A program made the translations under genes and the position numbers. The notes below the pieces were generated by a model. The model was not told where the DNA came from and searched no databases. It worked only from the letters and a program-made list of their open reading frames with translations. Shown here in pieces: positions 27,340 through 37,599 of a stretch of DNA of 48,830 bases (within the stretch, counting starts at the first letter, position 1; every line of letters starts with the position of its first letter). The DNA lies in NCBI GenBank assembly GCA_042218975.1, contig JBDGQP010000008.1:1-48830 (forward strand), read 5' to 3'. The DNA is from Salinibacter sp. GTDB taxonomy: Bacteria > Bacteroidota > Rhodothermia > Rhodothermales > Salinibacteraceae.

Positions 27340-30300
27340 CTACTCCGCGGCCGCGAACGGGGGGAGGGTCTGCCGGAGGGACCGCCAGCGCTGCTGGAGG
27401 CGATCGAGGCGGCCGCGCAGCGTCTCGAAGCGGGCGACGGCGTCCGAGCCGAGCGGCTGGTCCGCCGAGCTCGTCATCCAGGCGAGGTAGTTGAGTTGGT
27501 CGAGCAGCATGGGCGGCGGGTAGCTGCCCGTCTCCGCCGTTACGAGCGCGCCGTGCAGGGCGTCGAGGCGCTTGAGGAGGGACTCGGCCGCGGCGTCCGC
27601 CATCTCGCCGGCCTTCCGGGCGTCCTGCACCTGCGTCCGGACCGAGTCGACGGCATGGGCGAGGGCCTCGGCGTCCGCAATCGCGTCCTGGAGCTTCGTG
27701 TTGAAGGTGAACTGCTCCCGGAGGTCCGCGCGGGTAACCCCGGCGTCCCGCACCCGCGGGTCCATTTTGAGGGCAAAGGAACGGGTCTGCTGCGCGTCGC
27801 CGACCGACAGGCGCACCTGGTAGGTCCCGGGAACGGCAAGGGGGCCCTCTCCGTCGGCGGGCGGCCGAGGGCCGGGGTAGCGGAGGTCCCACCTGACCCG
27901 GTTGTGCCCGGCGTGCACGCGGACCGTGTCGACGCTGCTGGCAGGGACCGGCGGCGCCTCCCCGGAGACGGCGGCCCCGTCCCCCGTCGTCCCGATGTAC
28001 CGGCGCACCACCGACCCCTCGTCGTCCAGGATGTCGAGCGTCACGGGGGCCATCGTCGTGTCGGCCAGCGTGAAGTCGACGACGGCGCCGGGGTCAGGGT
28101 ACTCGGGCCCGCTGGGGCCGCGCTGCCCGCCCCAGTACCGCATCCGGAGGGCGTCGGTCGGCGCGAAGAGGTGCCAGTCGGCCCGGGCCGACTGTGCGTC
28201 CAGCTGATAGAGCGGCGACAGGTTGTCGAGCACCCAGAAGCTGCGCCCCATCGTGGAAAGCACCAGGTCCTTCCGGTGAATTCGGATGTCGGTGACCGGC
28301 GTGACCGGCAGGTTGCGCTGGAGGGGCTGCCAGTGCTGCCCGGCGTCGAGCGACACGAAGAGGCCGAAGTCGGTGCCGGCGTAGAGCAGGCCCTCGCGGT
28401 TCGGGTCGGCGCGGACGGTGCGCACCGGATAATCCGACGGGAGACCGTTCGTGATGCGCGTCCAGGTCTCCCCGTAGTCGGTGGTGCGGTAGAGGTAGGG
28501 CGCAAAGTCCTTCAGCAGGCGCCGCTGGATCGCGACGACGGCGGTGCCGGGGGCGTGCGGCGAGGGCGCGATGGCGTCGACCCGGCCGTTGGGCGGCACG
28601 CTGGGCGGCGTCACGTGGGTCCAGGTGTCTCCGCCGTCGCGCGTCACGTGGACCGGGCCGTCGTTGGCGCCCGCCCAGATCACGTCCGGGTCGTGGGGCG
28701 AGACCTGCACGGCGTAGAGGGTGCTAAAGTGCTCCTCGCCGGTGATGTCGTTGGTGATGGGCCCGCCGGAGCGCATCTGGTACTGCGGCTTGTTGGCCGT
28801 GAGGTCCGGGCTGATCCGCTCCCAGTCCTGGCCGCCGTTCGTGGTGCGGTGGACGTACTGCGAGGCGTTGTAGACGACGCTGGAGTCGTGCGGCGAGACC
28901 TCGATGGGGACCACCCGCTGGAAGCGCCACTCCAGCTTGGCCGGGTTGCGGCCGTACATGTACTGCGCGCCCACCCAGTACTGCCGGGCCCGGCCGGTCT
29001 CCTGGCTGTAGCGGGCGAAGCGGCCCTTGCAGTTGGCGAACACGATCGGGGTGTTCGGCTGCGGCACGGCGGGACCGGTCTCGCAGCCCCCCACGGCCTT
29101 CCACCACGCCTCCGGGCCGGCGGGGGCGCTCTCGGCGGGCGGGCGGCTGGGCACCGCGATCGTCGAGTTGTCCTGCTGCCCCGCGTAGAGCCAGTAGGGC
29201 GTCCGCTCGTCGACGTTCACCTGGTAGAGCTCCGCGGTCGGCTGGTTGTGCTGCGTCGACCACGACCGGCCCCCGTCCAGCGACACGGTGGCGCCGCCGT
29301 CGTTGCCCTGAATGCGGAGCCGCGGTCGCTCCGGGTTGATCCACAGGTCGTGCACGTCGACGTGGGGCACGTCCTTCGTCTCGAACGTCTCGCCGCCGTC
29401 CGAGGACGCCCAGTAGCGCACGTTCCCCACGAAGATCTGGTCCGGGTCCGTGGGGTGCGCGAAAAGGTGCGTGAAGTAGAAGGGCCGGCTCATGATCTCG
29501 TCCCTGTCGCTCACCTGCCGCCAGCTCCGGCCCGCGTCGTCCGAGCGGTAGAGGCCCTGCCGGTCGCCGGGCGCCTCCACGAGGGCGTAGACGCGGCCCG
29601 GCGCGGCGGGGGTCACGGCCACGTCGATCTTGCCGACGAGCCCACTCGGCAGCCCGTTGGTGAGCTTCGTCCACGTGTCGCCCCCGTCGGTCGACTTGTA
29701 GAGACCGTCGCCGCCGTCGGTGCCGCTGATGATGGTCCACGGCTTGCGCTCGGCCCGCCACATCGCGGCGTAGACCACGTCGGGATTCTCGGGGTGGAGG
29801 GCCAGGTCGACGGCGCCGGTCGAGTCGGAGGCGTAGAGCACCTTCTCCCACGTCGCCCCGCCGTTCACGGAGCGGAAGACGCCCCGCTGCTCGTTTTTGC
29901 CGAAGGGGTGGCCCAGGGCGGCGACGAACACGCGGTCCGGGTTCTGGGGGTGCGCCGTGATCGCCCCGATCTGCCCGGCGTTCGGGAGCCCCACGAACTG
30001 CCAGGAGTCCCCGGCGTCGGTCGACTTGTAGACGCCGCGGCCGGTGGTCACGTTGGCCCGGATGCTCTCCGACCCGGTCCCGGCGTAGACGATGCTCGTG
30101 TCGGACGCGGGCACCTCGAGCGCCCCGATCGCCGTGCTCTTCAGGCCCGCGCCGTCCGTGAGATTGTGCCAGGTCTCGCCGTGGTCGGTCGTCTTCCATA
30201 CCCCGCCCCCGCCCGCGGCGCCCATGTAGAAGGTCTGGGGGTGGGCCGGGTGTCCCTCGACGGCCGTCACGCGCCCGCCGCGGGTGGGGCCCACCATTCG

Positions 30301-30429
30301 GTACTCGAGGTCGCGGACGAGGGCCGTGTCGATGGGCACCGGCTGGGCCGCGGCGGCCGGAGGCAGTCCGAGGCCGAGGCACAGAAGACCGACGAGGGCG
30401 CGCAGGGGGCGGAGTGAGTGGGGGAGCAT
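27340..30429 (-). CDS. Secreted VPS10/BNR-repeat beta-propeller (glycosyl hydrolase-like)
   Basis: Signal peptide, GPTRGGRV, and many Asp-boxes (S/TxDGGxTW). Confidence 0.9.
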   Translation of the reverse strand: MLPHSLRPLRALVGLLCLGLGLPPAAAAQPVPIDTALVRDLEYRMVGPTRGGRVTAVEGHPAHPQTFYMGAAGGGGVWKTTDHGETWHNLTDGAGLKSTAIGALEVPASDTSIVYAGTGSESIRANVTTGRGVYKSTDAGDSWQFVGLPNAGQIGAITAHPQNPDRVFVAALGHPFGKNEQRGVFRSVNGGATWEKVLYASDSTGAVDLALHPENPDVVYAAMWRAERKPWTIISGTDGGDGLYKSTDGGDTWTKLTNGLPSGLVGKIDVAVTPAAPGRVYALVEAPGDRQGLYRSDDAGRSWRQVSDRDEIMSRPFYFTHLFAHPTDPDQIFVGNVRYWASSDGGETFETKDVPHVDVHDLWINPERPRLRIQGNDGGATVSLDGGRSWSTQHNQPTAELYQVNVDERTPYWLYAGQQDNSTIAVPSRPPAESAPAGPEAWWKAVGGCETGPAVPQPNTPIVFANCKGRFARYSQETGRARQYWVGAQYMYGRNPAKLEWRFQRVVPIEVSPHDSSVVYNASQYVHRTTNGGQDWERISPDLTANKPQYQMRSGGPITNDITGEEHFSTLYAVQVSPHDPDVIWAGANDGPVHVTRDGGDTWTHVTPPSVPPNGRVDAIAPSPHAPGTAVVAIQRRLLKDFAPYLYRTTDYGETWTRITNGLPSDYPVRTVRADPNREGLLYAGTDFGLFVSLDAGQHWQPLQRNLPVTPVTDIRIHRKDLVLSTMGRSFWVLDNLSPLYQLDAQSARADWHLFAPTDALRMRYWGGQRGPSGPEYPDPGAVVDFTLADTTMAPVTLDILDDEGSVVRRYIGTTGDGAAVSGEAPPVPASSVDTVRVHAGHNRVRWDLRYPGPRPPADGEGPLAVPGTYQVRLSVGDAQQTRSFALKMDPRVRDAGVTRADLREQFTFNTKLQDAIADAEALAHAVDSVRTQVQDARKAGEMADAAAESLLKRLDALHGALVTAETGSYPPPMLLDQLNYLAWMTSSADQPLGSDAVARFETLRGRLDRLQQRWRSLRQTLPPFAAAE

Positions 30430-30522
30430 AGGGGGGACGAAGGCGAAGCAGAAGAACCACTCCACGGCACCAGGGGCGGGCGGCGTCTGTTCCGGGGAGG
30501 GCGATGCATCCCACGGCGCGTC

Positions 30523-30745
30523 CTACGTGGAAAAGAGGTCGGCGAGGTCGACGGCACATCCGTCCAGTAACGCGGACGCGCACAGCACATCGGGCTGCCC
30601 CACGGGGTCGTCAGGGGGACACGACGAGGTGGCCACGGACAAGCTCGTGGGGCGCGCCCTCGGGCAGTCGCCGATGGTCCTCGTGGGTGTGCCGGTCCGT
30701 TCCGGAGAGGTCCACTTCGGGCCGGTCCGTCGCGGGCGTCGGCAT
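30523..30745 (-). pseudogene. Uma2 (DUF820) endonuclease relic with the core deleted
   Basis: N-part HTHEDHRRLPEGAPHELVRGHLVVSP* followed, in another frame, by the C-terminal SALLDGCAVDLADLFST*. Confidence 0.7.
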
Positions 30746-30827
30746 CGGTCGGCGACATCGGGAAAAAGAGTCGAGAAGGCTGAACAGGGCAACGCCCATT
30801 CCCGGTTCCGTACGGGGCGTCGGGGAA

Positions 30828-31976
30828 CTACACCGCGCGGCAGTACCCCCGCAGCAGCACGTCGTCCCCCACCGTGTCCCACGTCCGCTCCGCGAACGTG
30901 AGGGCGTTTTCCATCTCGGTGATGCCGAGGTCGCCGACCGCCGGGCGACCCTCGCCGACCACCTTCGGCGCCACGAAGCAGAAGAAGCGGTCCACGAGGT
31001 CCTGCCGGAAGAGCGCCGTGGCGAGACCGGGGCCCGCCTCCACCAGCAGCGACTGCATCGGCTCGGCGTCGCGCCCCCCGTCGGTGCCGAGGCGGCGGAG
31101 AAGGGCGCGGAGGTCGAGGTGGGCGTCCTCGGTCTCGGGGACGCGGAGGACGTGCCCCCCGGCCTCGGTGAGCGCGTCGGCGTAGGCCGGCTGGGGCCGC
31201 CCCTCACCGAGCACGGCGATCGTGCGACCGGCGTGGTCGTCGGTGAAGAGGGTTCGGTCCGGCGGGAGGGCGCCGGTGCGGTCGAGGACGAGGCGAACGG
31301 GCTGGCGGCCCTCCACGTGGCGTACCGTGAGGCGCGGGTCGTCACTTCGGGCCGTGCCGGTGCCCACGAGCACGCCGTCGAGGGCGGCGCGCCACTCATG
31401 GACGAGCGTCCGGGCGGCCTCGCCCGAGATCCATCGACTGTCGCCGGTGCGGGTGGCGACGCGTCCGTCGAGGGTCTGGGCCACCTTCAGCGTCAGGAGT
31501 GGCCGGCCGGTGTCGACGTGGTGGAAGAAGGCCTCGTTGAAGCGGCGGCAGGCGTGTTCGCAGACCCCGACCTCCACGTCGACCCCCTGCTCGCGGAGGC
31601 GCCGGATGCCCCGCCCCTGTGCCTGCGGGAAGGGGTCGATGGGGCCTACCACGACGCGCGGCACGCCCTTCTCGACGATGAGGTTCGTGCAGGGCGGGGT
31701 CTTGCCGTGGTGGCTGCACGGCTCGAGGTTCACGTAGAGGGTGGCCTCGCAGAGGGCCTCGGCGCCGTGCCGCTCCTCGGCGGCGCGCAGGGCCTGCACC
31801 TCGGCGTGGGGCCCGCCGTAAACCTCGTGGGCGCCCTCCCCCAGCACGGCACCGTCCGGCCCGACGACGACGGCCCCGACCATCGGGTTCGGGCTTACCG
31901 TGCCGGCCCCCGCCTCCGCGAGGGTCAGGCACCGCTCCATCCACGGCTCGTGGCCGGCGTCGGTCGCGGGCGTCAC
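30828..31976 (-). CDS. ribD: Bifunctional riboflavin biosynthesis deaminase/reductase
   Basis: PNPMVGAV, HAE, NLEPCSHHGKTPPC, AQTLDG and DDPRLTVR motifs. The GTG start overlaps the upstream TGA. Confidence 0.96.
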   Translation of the reverse strand: MTPATDAGHEPWMERCLTLAEAGAGTVSPNPMVGAVVVGPDGAVLGEGAHEVYGGPHAEVQALRAAEERHGAEALCEATLYVNLEPCSHHGKTPPCTNLIVEKGVPRVVVGPIDPFPQAQGRGIRRLREQGVDVEVGVCEHACRRFNEAFFHHVDTGRPLLTLKVAQTLDGRVATRTGDSRWISGEAARTLVHEWRAALDGVLVGTGTARSDDPRLTVRHVEGRQPVRLVLDRTGALPPDRTLFTDDHAGRTIAVLGEGRPQPAYADALTEAGGHVLRVPETEDAHLDLRALLRRLGTDGGRDAEPMQSLLVEAGPGLATALFRQDLVDRFFCFVAPKVVGEGRPAVGDLGITEMENALTFAERTWDTVGDDVLLRGYCRAV

Positions 31977-32671
31977 ACTTCCTCGATGTAGTCCGGAAGC
32001 GGCGACCCGGTCAGCTGCCATTTGTCGAAGTAGAATTTGGATTCGGAGCGCGCGTGCTGGTAGGGAAGGACGAACCGGCGGACCGCGTCGGTGGGGCGCT
32101 CGCGGAAGGCCGCGACGAGCCGGTCGCGCATCGGCGACGCCGAGAAGAGGCTCCAGTCGTGGCCGTCGTGGGCCGGCTCGGGGAAGAAGACGACGTGGGC
32201 CGTCTCGAGGAGGGCCCGGAGGGCCGGAAGCGCGCGACGGCGTGCCCTACCTGCGACCGCGGCCATCCGTTCCGCGTCCACCGGCGCGTCGGCCGCGACG
32301 AGGACGGCGGTGTTGTGCGGGGCCCGGAGGACCCGCCGTGCCCCCTCGTCGTCGAGGGGCGCGACCTGGTCGTCCGGCGTGCAGCGCCCCCACCAGGCCC
32401 GGCCGAGGGCCCCCGCGAGAGGCTCGGTGTACGTCGCCGGCGTGCGGAGCGTCGTGAGGCCCACCTGCTCGTCGGCCCGGTTGGTGCCGGCGAGGTAGCC
32501 GCGGTAGGCGTCCCGCGTGTCGAGCAGCTCTCCCAGCGGCACGGACACGTTCTCCGGTAGGTCCGACCGGTCCGCACGCCGGCGGGCGTCGGGATCGGCG
32601 TCCGGCGTAACCGGCTCGAGAAGCGCAGGCTCCTCGTGGAAGTACTTGAGGACGTCGGGGGCGGCGGACAC
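31973..32671 (-). CDS. Hypothetical protein translationally coupled to ribD
   Basis: 232-aa ORF with plausible codon use, a GTGA overlap with ribD, and conserved-looking segments FPEPAHDGHDWSLFS and ARSESKFYF. Confidence 0.75.
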   Translation of the reverse strand: MSAAPDVLKYFHEEPALLEPVTPDADPDARRRADRSDLPENVSVPLGELLDTRDAYRGYLAGTNRADEQVGLTTLRTPATYTEPLAGALGRAWWGRCTPDDQVAPLDDEGARRVLRAPHNTAVLVAADAPVDAERMAAVAGRARRRALPALRALLETAHVVFFPEPAHDGHDWSLFSASPMRDRLVAAFRERPTDAVRRFVLPYQHARSESKFYFDKWQLTGSPLPDYIEEV

Positions 32672-32938
32672 AGGTCAGAGAGCGGCTTGGGAGGCCGGAG
32701 GAAGAGAGCAAAACGAATTGTCGCGGCCGCAAAAGGATCGTCCCTACGCAGACGGGCACGGACCGATGCCGGGACTGGTGCGGATTTACGAAAATCTTCC
32801 GCCTCTCCCCCGGCCGATCCTGTCTCCGAGGGCCCCCAGCGCCCACGTCGGCCCTCCGCGCGGGCCGTCCGAACCAAATGCCCCGCCCGGGGCATAGGCT
32901 GAAGTGCGACGCGACTTCCCTCAGCCGCCGCCGCTCCC

Positions 32939-33820
32939 ATGCGCACGGTGCTTCTGTCTCTCTGGGTCTGGTTTGCCATCGGGGTGCTGCTCCTGCTGTG
33001 GCTCCCCATTATGGTCGTGGCTCGGGTCCTAGACCGCGACCCGGCCCGCTACCACGCCGGGCTCACCCTGCGCTGGCTCGGCCGCTCGATGACCTACGTG
33101 AACCCGTTCTGGGACATCGAGATGGAGGGCCCGTTCCCGGAAACGCCCCGCGCCCCGTACGTCGTGGTGAGCAACCACTTCTCGCAGGCGGATCCGCCCA
33201 TCATTGCTCGGGTGCCGTGGGAGATGAAGTGGGTGGCCAAAAAGGCGCTCTTCGACCTTCCGGTGGCCGGTTGGCTGCTGCGCCTGAGCGGCGACATTCC
33301 GGTCGACCGCGGTGACAAGCGGAGCCGGGCCCGCGTGCTCGAACAATCCACCTTCTACCTCAAGCGGGCGTGCAGCGTCATGTTTTTCCCCGAGGGCACC
33401 CGCTCCCGGGACGGCCGAGTGCGCCGCTTCTCCGACGGGCCGTTCCGGCTGGCCATCAAGCAGGACGTGCCGGTGTTGCCCATCGCCGTCGACGGCACCC
33501 ACGAGGCGCTGCCCAAGCACTCGATCTGGTTTGCCCCCGATGTCGAGACGATCCGGGTCAAGGTGCTCGACCCGGTCGAGACGGCGCCCTACGAGCTCGG
33601 CCAGACCCGTGAGTTGCAACGGCACGTGCGGGCCCGCATTATCGACCAAATCGCGACCTGGCGGGACGCGTCCCTCACCGAGGTCGACGCGCTCGACGGC
33701 ACGGCCGCTGCCGCGACGCACTGGCTCAGGGAGGAGCCGCCACCGGGCGCGCCGATGCCCGACGGTGAAGCATCCGTCAAACCGCCGGTGGCGGACGGCT
33801 CCTCGGAACCGGGCGGCTAG
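32939..33820 (+). CDS. plsC: 1-acyl-sn-glycerol-3-phosphate acyltransferase (PlsC family)
   Basis: NHFSQAD (HX4D), AKKALF and FFPEGTRS motifs. Confidence 0.9.
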   Translation: MRTVLLSLWVWFAIGVLLLLWLPIMVVARVLDRDPARYHAGLTLRWLGRSMTYVNPFWDIEMEGPFPETPRAPYVVVSNHFSQADPPIIARVPWEMKWVAKKALFDLPVAGWLLRLSGDIPVDRGDKRSRARVLEQSTFYLKRACSVMFFPEGTRSRDGRVRRFSDGPFRLAIKQDVPVLPIAVDGTHEALPKHSIWFAPDVETIRVKVLDPVETAPYELGQTRELQRHVRARIIDQIATWRDASLTEVDALDGTAAAATHWLREEPPPGAPMPDGEASVKPPVADGSSEPGG

Positions 33821-33873
33821 CGGAATCATTTCTGTGGTTCCGCCTTCCATTCCCCTCGCCGGCTCGATTCGTT

Positions 33874-33946
33874 TGCCCAGTAGCTCAATCGGCAGAGCGT
33901 CCGGCTCTGGACCGGGAGGCTGATGGTTCGAATCCATCCTGGGCAG
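33874..33946 (+). tRNA. tRNA-Gln (anticodon CTG)
   Basis: Acceptor TGCCCAG/CTGGGCA, D-arm AGCTCAATCGGCAGAGC, anticodon arm TCCGG-CTCTGGA-CCGGG, T-arm GATGG-TTCGAAT-CCATC. CCA is not encoded. Confidence 0.95.
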
Positions 33947-33951
33947 CATCG

Positions 33952-33988
33952 CGCCCCGTGGCCCTGTGCCGCGGGGCGTTTCGTGTTT
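33952..33988 (+). terminator. Terminator hairpin after the tRNA
   Basis: CGCCCCGTGGC-cctgt-GCCGCGGGGCG followed by TTTCGTGTTT. Confidence 0.7.
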
Positions 33989-34158
33989 CTGCGCCCCGGT
34001 CTCGCCCCCTCCTCTGTGGAGAAGCACGGGACGCGAGCGTCGTCCAGGATCCGGCCGTCCGCCCAATCGCCCACCCGTGCCCGCCATAGAAGTAGGACGC
34101 AGAGGGCCCCGGACGGCCGCGGCGTCCGTCTCCACGCTCCTGCACACGACTGCCAGCC

Positions 34159-35019
34159 ATGGCCTTTACCCTCGACGACCTGCACGAGCTCCTCGACCTC
34201 GAGTGCATCGAGCACAACATCTTTCGGGCCCGGAGCGTGGACATCGGGTCCGGCACGGTGTTCGGGGGCCAGGCCCTCGCCCAGTCGCTCGTTGCGGCCC
34301 GGCGCACCGTCGATGCCGACCGCGCGGCCCACTCGATGCACGGGTACTTCATTCTTCCCGGCGACGTGGACGCCCCGATCGTCTACGAGGTCGATCGCCT
34401 GCGCGACGGCTCCAGTTTCACGACGCGCCGCATCGTGGCCATCCAGCACGGGCGGGCGATCTTCAACATGGCGGCCTCCTTCCAGGCCGCCGAGACCGGG
34501 GCGGAGCACCAGGCCGACATGCCGGATGTGCCGGGCCCGGAGGATCTGCCCCGCGAACTCGAGCTCGTTCGGACCATGGAGGACCAGATCCCCGAGGCGG
34601 TCCGCACCCTCTACACGCGGGAGCGCCCGATCGAATTCCGGCCGGTCGACCCCGTCGATCCGTTCGCCCCCGAGCCCAAGCCGCCGGCCCACCACGTGTG
34701 GTTCCGGGCACGCGGGGCCCTGCCCGACGACCGGTTCGCGCACCGAAGCGTGCTGGCGTACGCATCGGACTACGGGCTCCTCAGCACGGCGCTGCGCCCG
34801 CACGGCCTCTCGTTCGTGCAGCCGGACCTGCAGCTCGCCACCCTCGACCACGCCCTCTGGGTGCACCGACCGGTGCGGACGGACGAGTGGCTGCTCTACG
34901 CCATGGACAGCCCCAGCGCCGCCGGCGCCCGGGGCCTTGCGCGCGGCCAGATCTTTGCCGAGGACGGCACCCTCGTCGCCTCGGTCGCACAGGAGGGCCT
35001 GATGCGGGTGTGGGCGTAG
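34159..35019 (+). CDS. tesB: Acyl-CoA thioesterase II
   Basis: VFGGQALAQ, HSMHGYF, RDGSSF, LAYASD, TLDHALW and ASVAQEGL motifs. Confidence 0.95.
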   Translation: MAFTLDDLHELLDLECIEHNIFRARSVDIGSGTVFGGQALAQSLVAARRTVDADRAAHSMHGYFILPGDVDAPIVYEVDRLRDGSSFTTRRIVAIQHGRAIFNMAASFQAAETGAEHQADMPDVPGPEDLPRELELVRTMEDQIPEAVRTLYTRERPIEFRPVDPVDPFAPEPKPPAHHVWFRARGALPDDRFAHRSVLAYASDYGLLSTALRPHGLSFVQPDLQLATLDHALWVHRPVRTDEWLLYAMDSPSAAGARGLARGQIFAEDGTLVASVAQEGLMRVWA

Positions 35020-35043
35020 CCCCCTTTCGACAAACGAATCCGG

Positions 35044-35715
35044 TCAGGCGGAGGGGCGGTGCCGGTCGTCCGCCCAGGAGGCCGGGTTCTGGTGGATGTA
35101 CCGGCGGACCGCCGTCCATGCGCGGCGGGTGCGGACGATCCGGTCGTAATACCGGGATTGCCACCCAAAATCGGGCCGACACGCCGCCCGGATGCGTTTG
35201 GTGCACACCGATTTGTATTGGCCCACGATGGCCCCCAACGAATGGGCATGCAATCGGAATTCGTTGGTTGCGTCGGCGTTTTCATCCGTACGGGGATTCC
35301 GTTCCGTGCCCGCCGTAGATGCGTCCCGCCGGGACGCATCTACGGCATCGGGATTGCCCCCATCACCCGCGGTATGTGACCCATCACGATCGGGGGCATC
35401 CGTACCGGTGATGTCGTCGTGCCCCGGGGATTCGGGGGTAATGCCGATCAATCCGTGCACGTGGTTCGGCATGACGATCCATGCGCCCAACCGCACGTAC
35501 GGCCGCACCTCCGGCGTACGCCGCCATTCCTGCGCCGCAATGCACCCGGCGGGCGACAAACCGACAATGCCGCCGCGCACCCGACCGAAATACGGGCGAC
35601 GCTCCGCCGTACAAATCGTGACGAAACACCACGCCGGCCGGCGGTAATCCCATTCGTCGAGGCGGAGGGTGTCCGAACGATAGCCGTTGTATCGACGATC
35701 AGACGGGGAGGACAT
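35044..35715 (-). mobile_element. REP-associated tyrosine transposase (RAYT; IS200-like Y1 HUH nuclease)
   Basis: LRLDEWDY, FVTICT, IVMPNHVHG (HUH), SLGAIVGQYKS, WQSRYYDRIVR and YIHQNP motifs. Confidence 0.9.
35312..35346. repeat. REP-like perfect hairpin inside the RAYT ORF
   Basis: GCCGTAGATGCGTCCC-gcc-GGGACGCATCTACGGC: a 16-bp perfect stem with GTAG at the base on both strands. Confidence 0.85.
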
Positions 35716-35857
35716 GGGGGCGCCGCGGGTTTTCGGAACGTCGGGGCCTTGCAGACACACGCCCGTCCGGGGGTCTAACGTCACGTCCCGCGGCGAATTC
35801 GCGGCAAGCGATCCCGAGGAACATGGCCGCAGGGACAACCCCGGCCGCGCCGGCCCG

Positions 35858-36583
35858 CTACGCCTCGCTCGGGGAGACCTCGCCCGACGAGGCGTCCGGT
35901 GCGGCGCTGTTCTCCGAGCCCTCGAGCCCGCGGTGGCGGATGTCGCGGCCCTCGACCATGAAGACGATGCCCTGGGCGATGTTCTTGGCGTGGTCGGAGA
36001 TGCGCTCCAGGGCCTTGCTTACAGTGAGCAGGTGGGAGAGGGCCTCGGCCTGCGGGTGCCCCTCCTCCAGCATCCCCACGAGCGACGCGAAGGTTTCGTC
36101 GTGGAGGCGGTTCACCTGCAGGTCGCGGGCGATGACCTTGCGTGCCTTCAGGCGGTCGTTCTCGAGAAAGGCGTCCTCGGCCTCCCGCAGCATCGTACGG
36201 GCCATGTCGGCCATCTTGGGGAGGCGGGTCTGGGCCAGCAACCCGGGGGTCTCGGCCAGGTGACGTGCGTTGCGGGAGAGGTTGCGGCAGTGGTCGCCGA
36301 TGCGCTCCAGGTCGGTGTTAATCTTGACGGCCATGATGAGCATGCGCAGGTCCACCGCCACCGGGGAGTGCAGGGCCAGGATGCGCTCGCACTGCTCGTC
36401 GATGCGGAGCTCGAGGGCGTCGACGGCGTCGTCCCCGTCCACCACCTGCTCGGCGAGTTCGGTGTCGCCCCGCAGCAGGGCGTTCATGGCGTCGGCGAAC
36501 TGGGCGTCGACGTGGTTCGCCATCTCGGCGATCAGGCCGCGAAGGAGAGCCAACTCCTGGTCGAGAGAAGATCGGTTCGGCAT
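35858..36583 (-). CDS. phoU: Phosphate signalling protein PhoU
   Basis: PVAVDLR, DLERIGDH and LERISDHAKNIA motifs. Confidence 0.96.
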   Translation of the reverse strand: MPNRSSLDQELALLRGLIAEMANHVDAQFADAMNALLRGDTELAEQVVDGDDAVDALELRIDEQCERILALHSPVAVDLRMLIMAVKINTDLERIGDHCRNLSRNARHLAETPGLLAQTRLPKMADMARTMLREAEDAFLENDRLKARKVIARDLQVNRLHDETFASLVGMLEEGHPQAEALSHLLTVSKALERISDHAKNIAQGIVFMVEGRDIRHRGLEGSENSAAPDASSGEVSPSEA

Positions 36584-36663
36584 GGCCTCGCGGGAAAAAG
36601 CAGGGGAAGCAGAAGAAGCGGGTTCGTACGCCGAATCGGGACGCGTGGGGTCGAGGACCGCGC

Positions 36664-37551
<888 letters not shown>

Positions 37552-37599
37552 GGCGGGCGGGGGCTCGTGTGGAGGAGGCGAGACGGGCGGCCGGCGGCG

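Noticed and set aside
27310-30417. 1035-aa plus-strand ORF and other long antisense or alternate-frame ORFs (e.g. 10060-12576, 23592-25913, 41929-43965)
   Set aside because: They are shadows of well-supported genes in high-GC DNA and have no recognisable motifs.
30503-30526. Possible extra REP half-sites (GTAGGACGCGCC here; GTAGGGACGCGC at 20868)
   Set aside because: The GTAG coincides with TAG stop codons and the second arm is missing.
32672-32938. FMN riboswitch expected upstream of the rib genes
   Set aside because: No RFN consensus segments found on the minus strand.
33874-33946. tRNA-Gln as an integration site for an island
   Set aside because: No integrase and no duplicated tRNA 3' end seen; the flanks are housekeeping genes.
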